Source: Felis catus
Lineage: Eukaryota
DNA length: 64,000 nucleotides
Assembly (NCBI RefSeq): GCF_018350175.1
Contig: NC_058382.1
Location: 61,010,001 to 61,074,000, forward strand
Direction of reading: 5' to 3'
This document shows positions 43,021 to 64,000 of the stretch, piece by piece. The notes under the pieces are model-generated. The model was not told the origin of the DNA, did not search any database, and worked only from the letters and a program-made list of their open reading frames with translations. Position numbers and translations under genes: made by a program. Position 1 is the stretch's first letter. The number at the start of each line of letters is the position of its first letter.

Positions 43021-44640
43021 CGCCGCGCGGGGCCGTCGGGAGCCGTGGCTGCCCTGAGAGAAAGTGTCAGTTTATTATTCGAGTTCTGCTGCTTGGCGGT
43101 GGTGACCTGGTGGCCGCGGCTCATAGCACAGCTGTCGCGAGGGACGCGGGACATCAGTCCGAGAAGTCTACTTTCCGGCCACGGCGCGTGTCTCGCCGAA
43201 GTTACCGAGTTGTGGCCAAGCGTGGGAAGCTCAGCTAAAGAAAGTGGTGGTCTGGGGAGATTCGAGGCATCTCCGAGAGAAGACGTCTCGGGCGGCCCCG
43301 ACGAACCGGTGGAGGTCGGCGCAGGACGGCTCTCCCAGCTGCGAGCTGCTGGGCGCCCCAGGTGCCCGGCCCCGGCGGAAGGAGACGCCCGGCCCCGGCG
43401 GAAGGACACGGCCCCGGCGGAAGGACACGTCCGCGCCGCTGAGCGTGCCGTGTTAACGTCAAAGCGGACACTCGGCAGGTCACGGCGGACTCCGGTTTTC
43501 ATGCTGCTTGGTGGGGGGGGGGGGTCACCCAGGGTCACCCAGGGTCACCCTCGGCCAGTGGAAACCAGCTCAGGCCGCGCAAGTGGTGGTGGAAGGGAAT
43601 CCGTCGTTGGGGTTTGCGCCCTGGCTCCTGCCGCGTGGTGTCTGGGATTTGCAGGGCTGGGTTTTGGCAGAGTTTTACGGAGTTCAGACACCTCCCTTCG
43701 GGTGCGAAACAGGCACGCGTCTCCGTTAGGGGTCGTCGCGACATCAGTTGACGTCCGCTTGTCAGATGGAGCTGAGATTAGAGAGGAAGGGCTTTTCCGC
43801 GGTGGCACTGGTTTCTCGTCTCCTTCGCAGGGGCTGAGCCGCTCGGCTTCTGCGCGGTCCGGCCCACGGACGGCGCCGGGAAGGGCTTTCCTGCAGCGGC
43901 CGCCGGTGTCCCTCCCCCCCGTCGCTTCGGTGACGCCGTTCGGGCCGCAGGGGACAGCCGCCTTTGCTCCGGGTGCTGTCCTTGGATGTGCGCGTGTGTC
44001 TCTGTCTCTGATCACCCGGACAAGACGCTACGTCGTCCGACGGGGCGAAGGGGAGAGCAGGTGTGTGTGTTCGGCCTCAAGAGACTCCCACCAAGACTCG
44101 ACCTTCGCCTTAAGCCCGAGCCTTAATTCAGCCCGAGAAGGGAGCCGAAACCAAAACGGGCTGGTAACTGTGCGGTGAGAATTAAGAAGAAAGCTCTCCG
44201 AACGAGTGGCCACAGAGGCCTGACCTGTTGTGTTTCGGCATCAGAGAATCTTACTGTACGTGCCGTAGGTTAAGAAAAGTACGGACAGGATGTGACGTTC
44301 CCAAAACGTCACGTGAGGAGCCAGTTTCCAAGTCACGTGGTTCGGGGCAAGGTTAAGGGCTAAAGCGCCAAAGCCATCTCTGTATGGACCGTTTTCTTGT
44401 TCGGGAAGCAGGGCGGGGGCCGGCCCTCCTCGCTCTCCAGGCCGTGCGCGGGATTTCATCCCAGCAGCGGCTCCTTTCTGACGAGAGGGAGGCGGGGCCC
44501 GGACAGGCTAATTGACAGACAGCGTGTAGCGCCTCAACCGGAACCTAGATCGCGACGCGGGCAGTGACTTCTGGGCGGCGACGGCCCCGTGAGTGCTGTG
44601 TTTGTGCCGTTCGTTGTCTGGATTTGTACTTCTTTGCCGT
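43000..44640. promoter_or_regulatory. Orphan CpG island with a promoter-like core at 44280-44600
   Basis: High CpG density; TGACGT, TCACGTGA (44309), GTCACGTGG (44332), GC boxes, CCGGAA, TCGCGA; donor-like GTGAGT at 44589. Confidence 0.55.
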
Positions 44641-44817
44641 CAGATGCTCTGCTTTCCCTCAACAAATATTTCTAATGTCACTTTTGTGCTTTTTTTGATA
44701 AAGGATGTTTAAAACTATTGGGCTGCCATAATTTGTGAAACTTCAGTGTTTTCAAATTTTTTTCTATAATGTCAATGGGAAAATTCAGCAATAAACCTAA
44801 TTTATTTATATGCAAAA

Positions 44818-45600
44818 AAAAATGTTCATGAAGTGCAGTTTGTCCGTCTTCCCTTTTGTTGCCTGTGCCTTTGGCGTCCCGTCCAGAAATCGTAACCAAA
44901 TCCAGTGTCGCGAGACTATTGTCCTCTGTGTGCCTCCAAGTTTTACAGTTTCAGGCCTTACGTGTAGGTCTTTGATCCGCTTGGAGCGAGTTTTTGCGTG
45001 ATGGTGTGAGGGGAGGGTCCAAGTGCGTGCTCTGGGCTGCGGACGCCCAGTTTTCCCAGCGCCGGGTGCCGAGAAGACCGACCTCATCCCCCTCGTACGG
45101 TCTCGGCACAATGGCCGGAAGTCGTTTGGCCACCCGTGCGAAGGTCTGTTCCCGGACTTCCTGTCTCACCGGCCCGCGCGTCTGTGTGGCCACCCCACGC
45201 TGCCGTGATCCCCGTACCTTGGGGGTGGTTTTGAAGGCAGGCGGTGTGAGTGCGCCCGCTGTGTTCTTGGCTGTTTGGGTTTCCTGGAGGTTCCATACGA
45301 GTTTTAGGACGGTTTTCCTATTTATGCGAAGAAACTTGTCCTTAGGACATTGATGGAGACGGTACCGAAGCTGCAGATCACTTTGGGCAGTGCTGACATT
45401 GAACAGCGTTGACCTCGCGGTCCGTGAACATGGGCCGTGTTTCCGTTTACTTGGGTTTCATTTCATTTCTTTCCACTCTGTTTTGTAGTTTTCACTTGTG
45501 TGCCTTTCACCTTCTTGATTAAGTTAATCCCTCACCATTTTATTCTTTGTGAAGCTATTGGAGATGAGGTTGTTTTCGTAATCTCATTTTCAGACATTTG
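44818..45600 (-). mobile_element. L1 ORF2 fragment; 44818-45458 nearly identical to 12568-13212
   Basis: Manual alignment: 8 substitutions and one 4 bp indel over ~640 bp. Confidence 0.9.
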
Positions 45601-48581
45601 TTTCTTTTTCTTTAGTTTTCAGCAGTTCGATTAGGATTTGTTTGGGTTTATTCTCTTTAGGATTTACTTAGCTTCTTGAATCATAGGTTTTTCTCTTTGC
45701 CTAACTTGGAACATTTTTCAGCCTTTTACTTCCTGAAGTGTTTTTCACCACCCTCCTCTTTCTCTTTTCCTTCTTGGGGCTCCAGTGACCTGAATGTCAG
45801 ACCTTTTGTTGGTGTCCCCCAAACGCTGAAGATCCGTTCGAGAAAAAAATAAATAACAAGTGTTTTCTCACTTTGTAATTCAGATTGAATAAGGCTCCAC
45901 GGACCTGCCTTCAAGGTTGCTGACTCTTCCCTTTCTGCTATTGTCCGTGTGGTGAGGGGTTTTTCCTCACTTTATTCTTCGGTTCTAAAATTTCAACTTG
46001 GGTTTTCTTTGTCTCTTCTATTTCTTTTACGCAAAGTTCTGTTTTAACGGTCGTTGAAGGAATGCTTCCTGGGAGTGTTTGCGTAAAACTCCTTTAACGC
46101 GTCTGTCAGGTGTTTCCAACATCTGTGCCGTTTCGGATTGGCATGTGCGGTTGTCTTTTCCCGTGTGGACTGAAACGTTTGTGCTTTTCATACGCTGAAG
46201 AATTTGCTCTCGCATCCTGGGCTTAGGGGATCCTGGGTTTTGTTTCCAAACTGTGAGGACGGCGCCTTTTCTTTTGTCAGGCCGCCCACCTGGACAGAGT
46301 CAGGCTGAGCTCCGCCTGCCTCCTGTGGGCCGTGCTTCCAAAGTCCGTTGAGCTCTCAAAGCCTGATGTCCCAGATGGCAGCCTGTGCCCTGGGCGGGCC
46401 TGTCCTGTCCCCACAGTGTGTGGTGTGCTCCTGAGGAACAGCTCCACGGGGCCTGGGTGGGGCTGCGCCCTGGAACTCAAACCGCCTCACGCCTCACCGG
46501 GCCACTTTTCTGAGCTTCTCTCTTGGTTCTTTATTTCCGGGCGTCTCTCTCCCCTCCCCCCTCTGAGCCTCTGGGCGGAAACGGGCCTCTGGCTACCCCG
46601 CTGTGCCACGAACTTGGCTGGACCTGGGCTGTTTGGGGAGAACTCAGGCCGATGCAGGGGACAGTGGAGAAGACAGCCCTGGGAGTCGGCCCCACCCCCT
46701 CCGTGTCACAGCTGCTCTGGGCAGAGGACGTTTTCCTTCCTGAGAACATTGCCCCGGTGCCACCCCCAGCTCTGGACCCGGGGCGCCAGTGCTGCTGCAG
46801 AATTGCCGGGCCCGGAGACGATGAGCCGACGGAGGGAACGAGAATCCGAGGAGCATCGGGGGCTCCCCTTCCGTTCCTAGCTCCTGTCCCCGGAAGAAAA
46901 GGTTTCTCCGTTCCCGTCCCCTCTCTCTGTCCGCTTTCTGGCAAAGGCAAGCTCGGGCTGGCTCGGCAGGACTCCAGAATCTGGTGTTTTCCGGGCCCCC
47001 TCGGGCCGCTCACGACCTTGACCCGAGGCGCCTGCTTCCGCCGACTCCAGCGCCTCTGTCGTCCCTCCGTGGGTCCGGCAGAGGTGGGGGAGGGCGTGTT
47101 CCGCCTCACTTCGCGGGTGAACCGCACCGTGAGCTGCAGTTGGGCCCCCCCCTCCGCTCTGCACCCCTCGCGGCCTTTGGGCCGCTCCCGAAGCCTCTCC
47201 CCAGCCCGGGCCCCTCCTGGTTGCCTCAGCCTCAGTGGCTCTACTGAGAAAAGCACTCTGCCTCCGTGGGCGCCCCTCCCCCCTCCGCCTCCGTGGGCGC
47301 CCCTCCCCCACTTTCGTTAACTGTGTGGTGTGGGAGCTCAATTTTTTTTCTATTGATTTATCTCAAAGTATTTTTAAATTTCCCTTGTAATTTCTTCTTT
47401 GTTTAGGAGCGTGGTGCTTAGTTTCCACATAGTTTTTGAATTTTCCAGATTCCCCGTTACCGATTTCTGATTTCATTCTATTGTGGTTGGAGAACATACT
47501 TTGTATTATCTCAGCCTTTTAAAATTTTCTGAGGCTTTTTCACGGCCGACTTACGGTCTCTCCCGGAAAAGCCTCCGTCTGCACCTGAGAACGGGTCCTT
47601 TGCGGTGGCCGCCGGGCCGGTGGACGCCCGGCTGGCTCGCGGCGTTGTGCACAGTCTCCGGGTGGGTCTCCGGGGGCTTGTCGACCCCTCGGGAAGGGCC
47701 GGGCCCCGGCGTGTGGCGTCTCCGGCCCGACGGGCTCTGCGGAGCCCCGTGGAGGTAGCACGTAGTTGAGCCATAATCAGGAAGATAAGGCCTGCCACCC
47801 TGTCCCTTTTTCCGGGAGAGTCTCATCCACCTGCACTTAAATTACTGACAGACCTTCCGACATTCTTGCTGTTTTCGGTCACAAATCTGTTTTGTTCCTC
47901 ACTTCCTCTACTGCTCCCTTCTTTTTTGTTCTAGGCATTTTCTGGTACTCCATTTACTGTTCATTTTACTGTAATTGTGAGCTATTAAAAAAAAAGGTTG
48001 AGGGGCATCTGGCCGGTTCATCAGTTATGACGAAAACCAGTGGGTTTTTTTATTTCTTCCTGCGGATTCAAGTTACTATTCGGTGTTTCCTGATCGAGCC
48101 TGAAGGACACTTTTCAGTATTTCTGAAGGGCGGGTGGTCTGGCGGTGAATTTTGGCTTTGTTCATCCGGAAATGTCCTGATTTCTCCGTTTCCTGGAAGG
48201 GGTCGCTCACCGCCATCGTCGTCTCTGAGCAGTTTGGGCCGTGTTCCCTCCCGCGTCTCAAAGGGCATCCCTTGCCACTTTCGAGATTTTCTTCTTTTCT
48301 GTGGCTTTTGACAGTTAGGTGATGACGCGTCTACGTGTGGATCTCTTGGGTTTACTCTGCTTGGAGTTCGTTGAGCTTCTTGGATACAGGTTACTGGTTT
48401 TTGTCAAATTTGAGGAATTTGGGCCATCGTGTCTTCGGATATGCCTTCTGCCCATTTCTGCTCTCCTAGGAGCTCCCAGTGCACACGGACGCGCCCGAGA
48501 GCACCCAGCAGGTCTCTGAGACTCTGTTCAGTTTTTGTTTTCTCACTCTTTTTTCTCGCAGTTATGCCAGCTAAGCCAGCC

Positions 48582-48680
48582 GGGGGCACCTGGCTGGCTC
48601 AGGTGGTAGGGCATGTAACTCTTGATCTTGGGGTCGCGAGTTCGAGCCCCACTTTGGATGCAGATAGACATATAAATATA
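48582..48680 (+). mobile_element. Short CAN-SINE
   Basis: gggggcacctggctggctcagg...gagttcgagccccac. Confidence 0.75.
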
Positions 48681-49526
48681 TAAACACGACCAACTTACTT
48701 CACCTGTCTTCAAGTTTGTGGATCCTTCCCCCGCCTCAAATTCAGTTGTGGCGCTTTTCAACAATTTTCATCTTAAAAAAATTCTTTATCTGTATCCTCT
48801 GTTTTGTGAGTGGCATTCTCTGACTCCTGTCATATTAATTCTTTAGACACGACTTCTCTTCGTTATTTGAACGTGATTTCTAAAAGCTGGATCTTGAGTC
48901 TTTGCCAAGGGCATCGGGGTTCCGCAGGAAAACGGGCGCAACAGCAGGCGGCGGGGCGGAGGGACGGACTCGGAGGAGTGGTGTGCGTGGCTGCGGAGCC
49001 TGCCGAGTCCGGGATCTCAGGTGAGGCCGCAGGCTGGACACCGGGGAAGAGCGGGTGCCGCGTTCTGGTCTGAAAGCAGTCTGCTGGAGAGTTCCCTCCT
49101 CCCTGGGGCACACCTGCCGCCAAGGCCTCTGGCTGATTGCTCGAGCCTCATCCGCTTTACGGACGGCCATTTGCTTCACTCAGATTCTAGCCGTTGACCC
49201 CCACCTTCTTTCTCGCGGAAGCGTTTGCAATCGATAACATTTGACTGCATTCTGGCATCGTGGCCTATCCGGTCGACGCGGACAGTCACCCGTCTTTCTC
49301 CCCCTGTCTCTCTTTCCTTCTGCGACCCCCCGGACGCACACGTTGGAACACTTGATCACATCCAACAGGTCTCCGAAACGCTGTCCATTTTCCTTCATTC
49401 TTTTTTTTCCCCCCCGTTCCTCAATTTGATCATCGCAACTGACTTATCTTCATGTCCTTTTCTGTTCACTCAGATTCCATTCCTGCACTTTCAACTGCAG
49501 AATTCCCAGTTTCTTGCCTTAAAAAA

Positions 49527-49593
49527 ATTTTTTTTAACATTTATTTTTATTTTTAAAGAGAGAGACAGACAGAGCATGAGTGGGGGAGGGGCA

Positions 49594-49644
<51 letters not shown>

Positions 49645-49772
49645 TCCGAAGCAGGTTCCAGGCTCCGAGCTGTCAGCGCAGAGCCCGACGTGGGGCTCGA
49701 ACTCACAGACCACGAGATCATGACCTGAGCCGAAGTCGGCCGCTCAACCGACCGAGCCCCCCAGGCGCCCCT
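49527..49772 (-). mobile_element. CAN-SINE with internal (CA)n microsatellite
   Basis: (AC)~23 at 49595-49640 inside the SINE body. Confidence 0.92.
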
Positions 49773-51277
49773 GAAAGTAGATATTTTAAATGATATAACA
49801 TGGTGACTCTGGAAATCAGTTCCCCAGATTTATTTTACTTTGTTTGTTGGCTGCAGCTTCTGCTTCCTGCTCAGTGACTTTCCTCGACTGGTGCTGTGGA
49901 GTCTAAGTTCTGTGTCGCATGAGGGCAGTGCTGTCTTTGTGCCGTGAGCTTGCTGCTAAGCTAGTGATGGGACAGAAAGTTCCTTAAAAGCCTTGATCCA
50001 GCAAGTCTCCCCCACGCTTCCCCAAAGGTTCTTCTGTCGGGTTGGGGCTCGCTTCCCGTCGGCCTCCGCTTCCTGCCTCCACAGGCTTCCAGTTTAGCCC
50101 AAAGTGAGAAAATTGGACGTTCTAAGCTCTTTCCTGAGCCTGTGCCCAGACCCGCACGTGCACGTGGCCTTCTAGACCCTTAGGAACGTGGCCCAGCGTC
50201 GGTCGGCGTACCGTGGACATCTCGTTCCCCAGACCTTGCTTTTCGAGTTTGTGGCCGGGCTCGTTTGCTGTCCCCGGTGTCATCTCAGGCAGCTGTCGTT
50301 GATTGCTTTTGACACAACCTGTGGGGAAAGGGCTTTTTCCCACTGGGTGAATTTTGAGTCTGGTCACACAGTGAGCTCCAGGAATGGGGCTTTTCCGGGG
50401 AGCTGCCGGACAAGTCCAGTGGTGACAGTGTCCTGGAGATGGGAGGACACCTGAGGAGACCCACACTCGGTCCGAGCCCTCTGATCCTGCCGGGTTGCCG
50501 GTTTTCAAGACTACCGTGGAGCTGGACCGAGAACGGAAACGAGGGAATGGAAATGACACACGGCTCGCTGCAGAGATTTAGCTGTTTTTCCGGAATGATC
50601 GCTCCTTGGATTGTAACAAGCCCCCGATAATCTCCAGGGTTCTGACCGTGTTGGTCGTTGATTTGGAGCCTCCCCCGGCCCCGCTCCAATGTTCTTATTG
50701 CTGTTACCGGGGTTTTTGAAGGTCTGTCTTTGCTGTTCTAGAAGCCCTGCTTTGTTTTCCGTCGGATGAGTGAATTCGCCCTCTTTTATCTTTTTCATTT
50801 GTCTGAGATTCCGATCTGTGAGAGACCGGGACTCCTTTGAATTTGTCATCTGCCCTTTCTCATTTTGGGGGGATTTTGACTGGAAGGTAAAGGCTCAGAT
50901 CGCCATCTTAACTTGGTATCTGGCACCGCGTTTTCTAAAGTATGTTCTGGAATATCATCCTGGCTTCCTGGGGAAAATGCAGACATGCCTTTCTTTAAGT
51001 ATCTGCTTAATTGTGAAACGGAACAAAAGACGCACAGAACACATTCACCGTGGTGAGTGGTCACGGAGCCTCCCCGTTTAGTCAGTGCCGAGGTCAGGAA
51101 TCGGTGTCTCGCGGCAGCCCCCGCAAGCGTCGCGTCCCGGGGGTTCTGCGCGGTGGCCCATGCCGGCCGCTCGCACGGCAGCTCTGCCTTCCTCTTCTGG
51201 TGAACTTTAGACGAGCAGAGCCGTGCGGTTCCAGGGGCACCGCGGCTGGATTCCGTTCGCCTTCGCCGCTGTCCGTA

Positions 51278-51478
51278 AGCGGCTCTCGGGGGTGGTCTCG
51301 CCCCGTCCCCTGAACGTTTGGCGACGTGCAGACACGGTGGTGGTCACCACTCTGAGGGGCGCTGCCGGCGTCGGTAGGTGGAGGCCGCGCGTGCTGCCGA
51401 GCGCCCTACAACGTGGAGGAAACCGGTCACGAGACTCCTAGGGCCACGGGTCAGCAGTACCGAGGTCGAGAAGCACTG
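51278..51478 (+). mobile_element. MER20 (hAT) DNA transposon relic
   Basis: ggcgctgccggcgtcggtaggtggaggcc...tgctgccgagcgccctacaa...gtaccgaggtcgagaagcactg follows the MER20 consensus layout. Confidence 0.7.
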
Positions 51479-51509
51479 CTTTATGTGTGGGCAATCTATT
51501 CTTCTTCTT

Positions 51510-51710
51510 TTTTTTTAATCTTTATTTATTTTTGAAAGACAGAGTTTGAGCAGGGGAGGAGCAGAGAGAGGGGGAGACACAGAATCCGAAGCAGCTCCAG
51601 GCTCGGAGCTGGCAGCACAGAGCCCAACGCGGGGCTCGAACTCCCAAACCGTGAGATCGTGACCAGAGCGGAAGCTGGATGCTCACCTGACTGAGCCCCA
51701 GGCAACCCTG
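51510..51710 (-). mobile_element. CAN-SINE
   Basis: gagacacagaatccgaagcagctccaggctc...gagccccaggc. Confidence 0.88.
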
Positions 51711-54074
51711 CCCCCCCCCCCCGGGCTCCCCCCAGTACGTTTGGTCTTCAGTGATGCTGTTTCTGCCCATATGCATGGGTTTCTCTTGGTTGTGTGACCA
51801 GAAGTGGGTTGTTGGGTCTGGAAGAGGGAGTAGCCGGGCCGGCTGCGGCCGGTGCCTGTGTCACGAAGTCCCCAACATAAGGAAGCAAGCATTCGGGGCG
51901 GTGTTCGTCCCTCTTCCCTCTGCCCCGGAAGGAAGTGGAGCAGGCTGCTGGGGGCCCCGTGCCCGTGTGGCCGGGAGCCCTCTCTTCCTGTCAAGCTCAG
52001 CCTCAGGCGTCCAGTCAGAATTGGAGCCCCGAGCCCGTGGAGATCCTGTCCTCCGGCCATCTCAGGATGGGCCTGGACACTGCAGTGTCACCCGGTCAGG
52101 TGGGCAGCCCCCCTCCGGGTTCCTGTGCTTCTAGAATGTCCTCTCCGCTGCCTTCTGGGGGGAAGAGGGAGGCTGCTCATGGCTTTTCATGAAAACCCCT
52201 CACCTGCTTCCGGGTCGCAGGCTCTGCTGTCGCCATCTTGTGCGGGTCAGAGAAACACGGTGTCCTCCCGCAGCCCCTCTCAGCCAGGGACAACCCTGGC
52301 CCTCGCTCCCAGGACGGAAGGGCCGTGTGCCCCGAGCAGGCGTGCTGGCCCCGCTGGCCCGCAGCACTGTGGGGGGGGGGGGGCACTGGGCCCCCATCCA
52401 GTGCTGCCACCTGAGTCTGGTTCTGAGAGGCTCTGAGGGGCAGAAGAGCGACCAGCGTCTACGGAGGCTCAGAGCTCCAGGGTGGTGGACGCTGTGACTG
52501 GTAGGGAAGTCACCCATCTGTGTCCGAGCCCGGGCCAAGCGCTGCCTTCTTCCCGCCAGAGCCGGACCCTCTTGAGGGGCCCCCGATACCCACACCTGCA
52601 GCCACAGTCCTCAGGGACAGTCGGCAGGGGCCCCAGGTGCAGTTCTGGACTCGTGGGGGTTCTGCAAACACCCGCACGGACGACTCCTGCCCAGACACAG
52701 GTGGACGCTGGGAGCAAACCACAGACAGCCTCTGTTCTTCGAATTTACTTAGGAACGTTCTCTGGGGACTAAGGGTCTCCCTGTGCTCACCCCTGCGCTC
52801 GCAGCCCGGACAGGAGCACGGGGGTCGGGTGCCTCTGCGGCAGGATGGGGACGGGGCGGCGCCCAGGAGACACTGGGCCAGCATCGCACGGACCTGCCGG
52901 AGCCCGCAGGGCCACCGCGACCCGTCCCGCACGGCTCCGAGGCCGAGCCGTCCAAACCCCCTGTGCGTGGCCCGTGCACGCTCCCTCGCCCCCCACGCAC
53001 GCGCACGGCCGGCAGGTCGGGGCCTGAAGCTGCCGACCCCGAGACTCTGCACGGGAGCACCGGGCAGCGGGGACGCGCGGCTGCGGCCCCGGCTCTGAGA
53101 CCAGAAAACTGATTCGTGTCCGGGAGGCGGTGCGGCTCTGCCCTCCCCAATCCCCAGGCCAGCACACGAGGGGGGGCCCAGGAGTCCCGTGGAGGGAGAG
53201 GGCGACCTCCCCCGCCCCCTCCGTCCCACGCGTGGACTCGGCGAGGGCCTGGCCCCGTCCCCCGCCCGGGCCCGCAGGCCTGCGGAGCTGGGCGCCTGCT
53301 CCCCCCGGGGTTCCTCCGTGGCTCAGGTATAGGAGGCGGAGGGGAGGCCACGGGTCGTGCCCCAGGGCGTGCGCGAGGAGGTCCACCCCGCACCTCCACA
53401 CCCACGTGTCCACAGCACCCTGCGTGCTGGGGGCTGGGCGTCTGGTGCGGTGAGAGCGGCCTCAGGAAGGAGCCACTTTGGGAGTCCTTGTGCAGAAGGC
53501 GGCCCTAGGCCAGCCGGGTCTCATCCCCGAGCATCTCCTCCCAGAAGGGCGTGGGGCGGGGCGCACACCTCCCACTCCTGTCCTCTGAGCTGGTTCTGGC
53601 AGCATGGGGGTCCCAGTGGTCGGGACCCTTGCACAGCTGCAGCTTCGCTGGGGAACCTGCCAGCCCCCCCCCCCCCGGGGGGGGGGGGAGGGTGGCGGCT
53701 CCTGCTCTGGGCACAGAGCCGGACGATGGTCTTTGCAAGGCCACACAGCACGGGACCTGCTGCCCCAGGAGCGAGTGACTCTTGTTTCCTTCCGGGGGGA
53801 GGTGGGTTGGCCCTCTCTGTCCCCAAGCCCAGGTCTGGCTGCCCGGGGGAAAAGGACATGAATGGCTCAGGGATCCCTGTCCCCGCTGTGAGCTGTGCAG
53901 CTTGGTGGGGGTGGGGCTTGGGACCCAGTAAAGACTGGAAAAGGGAAAAATTAGTTTCAAAAAAAAAAAAAAGGTAGTAACTGGGGAGCAACGTAGTTGA
54001 AGACAGTGTGGTGGTCCAGTGGGGCAGCCCCCGTGGGTCCCGCACGTCGGCCCCTCCTGGAGAGGGCCTGTCGT

Positions 54075-54775
54075 GTACAAAGAGCATTTAATTAATTTAT
54101 TTATTTCTTTACACATAACTGAAGTGATGTTACAGTACATAAGTTATTTACAACTGTGCAGTAATGTGTTGCAAAATAAATTATCTAGAAGGCAGCAAAA
54201 GTACATTGTGAATGTGTATAAAACTGTACAGCGTTTACGGGTACACTTTTTATATGATTATTGGCTCTGTAGTGTTTCAAGTTATGTTCTCAGAAAGAGA
54301 AACAAAATGCCCAAGATTAAAGGAAAAAATATACAAACCACGTGGATTTGACTCCATTAAAAACACAACCCGAGAGTCCCGGCTCTGTGTCCCTCCGCAG
54401 CGGGCGGGCGGCCACAGTATCCCAGCCCGCCCGAAGCCCGTCCCCGCCCTCCGACCCGGAGGTCACTGTCCGTGAGGGGTGGCCGCCTTAATTTTCTTTC
54501 TTGTAGTTGATCAGAATGGAACAGGAGATTGTAAAAAATACATCCGTTCTGCAGCTCCTGAAATGCCCGTGCAGCCGCCTGGAAAGCAGACCCCGAGGCC
54601 GCCGTCTCCTCGTGCTCCCGCGGCAGCTCCCGGGGGGAGGGCCCAAGTGCGGGGTCTCTCCCTGGACGTCCCCGCCCGAGGGACAAGGTCTCCCTGCACT
54701 GCCTGGACTCGGCAGCGGCGCCGGGCAGACGCGTGCGGCCCTCGCCTGTGTCCCGTGTGGCCGTCCCGCGGGGCG
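54075..54775 (-). other. ANKRD11 3'UTR with clustered polyA signals
   Basis: AT-rich block 54085-54365; minus-strand AATAAA at 54096-54101 and 54100-54105, ATTAAA at 54087-54092. Confidence 0.8.

Positions 54776-64000
<9,225 letters not shown>

Larger units (their letters stand above)
45600..50400 (-). mobile_element. Degraded old L1 (ORF1/5' region) fragments with SINEs
   Basis: Antisense L1 ORF1-type motifs (gttgagcttcttgga; tcaaatttgaggaatttggggccat) recur at 45650-45850, 48350-48550 and 49300-49500. Confidence 0.6.

Noticed and set aside
46330..47340. Overlapping 180-265 aa ORFs in a GC-rich patch
   Set aside because: No domain similarity; the position among L1 ORF1 relics suggests a GC-eroded L1 5' region.

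Overview
GC-rich mammalian genomic DNA, almost certainly felid, judging from the many SINEC_Fc-type CAN-SINEs. It is syntenic with human 16q24.3. The window holds the complete CDH15 gene (M-cadherin; + strand, 14 coding exons, 785 aa) and, tail-to-tail with it, a complete SLC22A31 (- strand, 9 coding exons, 540 aa). The 3' part of ANKRD11 follows (- strand: part of the giant exon, four terminal exons and the 3'UTR). Between SLC22A31 and ANKRD11 is a ~28 kb repeat-rich interval with old L1 relics, LTRs, MER20, many CAN-SINEs, a full-length YWHAZ (14-3-3 zeta) processed pseudogene and an orphan CpG-island promoter-like element. I see no KRAB-C2H2 (ZNF778-like) coding sequence there. The most notable observations are: (1) a ~640 bp tract, ~98.7% identical, shared by two otherwise diverged L1 relics 32 kb apart, which looks like ectopic gene conversion; (2) five tandem copies of an E-box + PBX/MEIS-type element at the CDH15 start; (3) the orphan promoter; (4) a retrocopy that carries its parent's CRE and CCAAT elements next to an LTR with nine NF-Y sites. 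I see no evidence for a wholly new multi-gene system. Most long ORFs in the track are artefacts of high GC content. Comparisons to human genes and repeat consensus sequences are from memory and need database confirmation.
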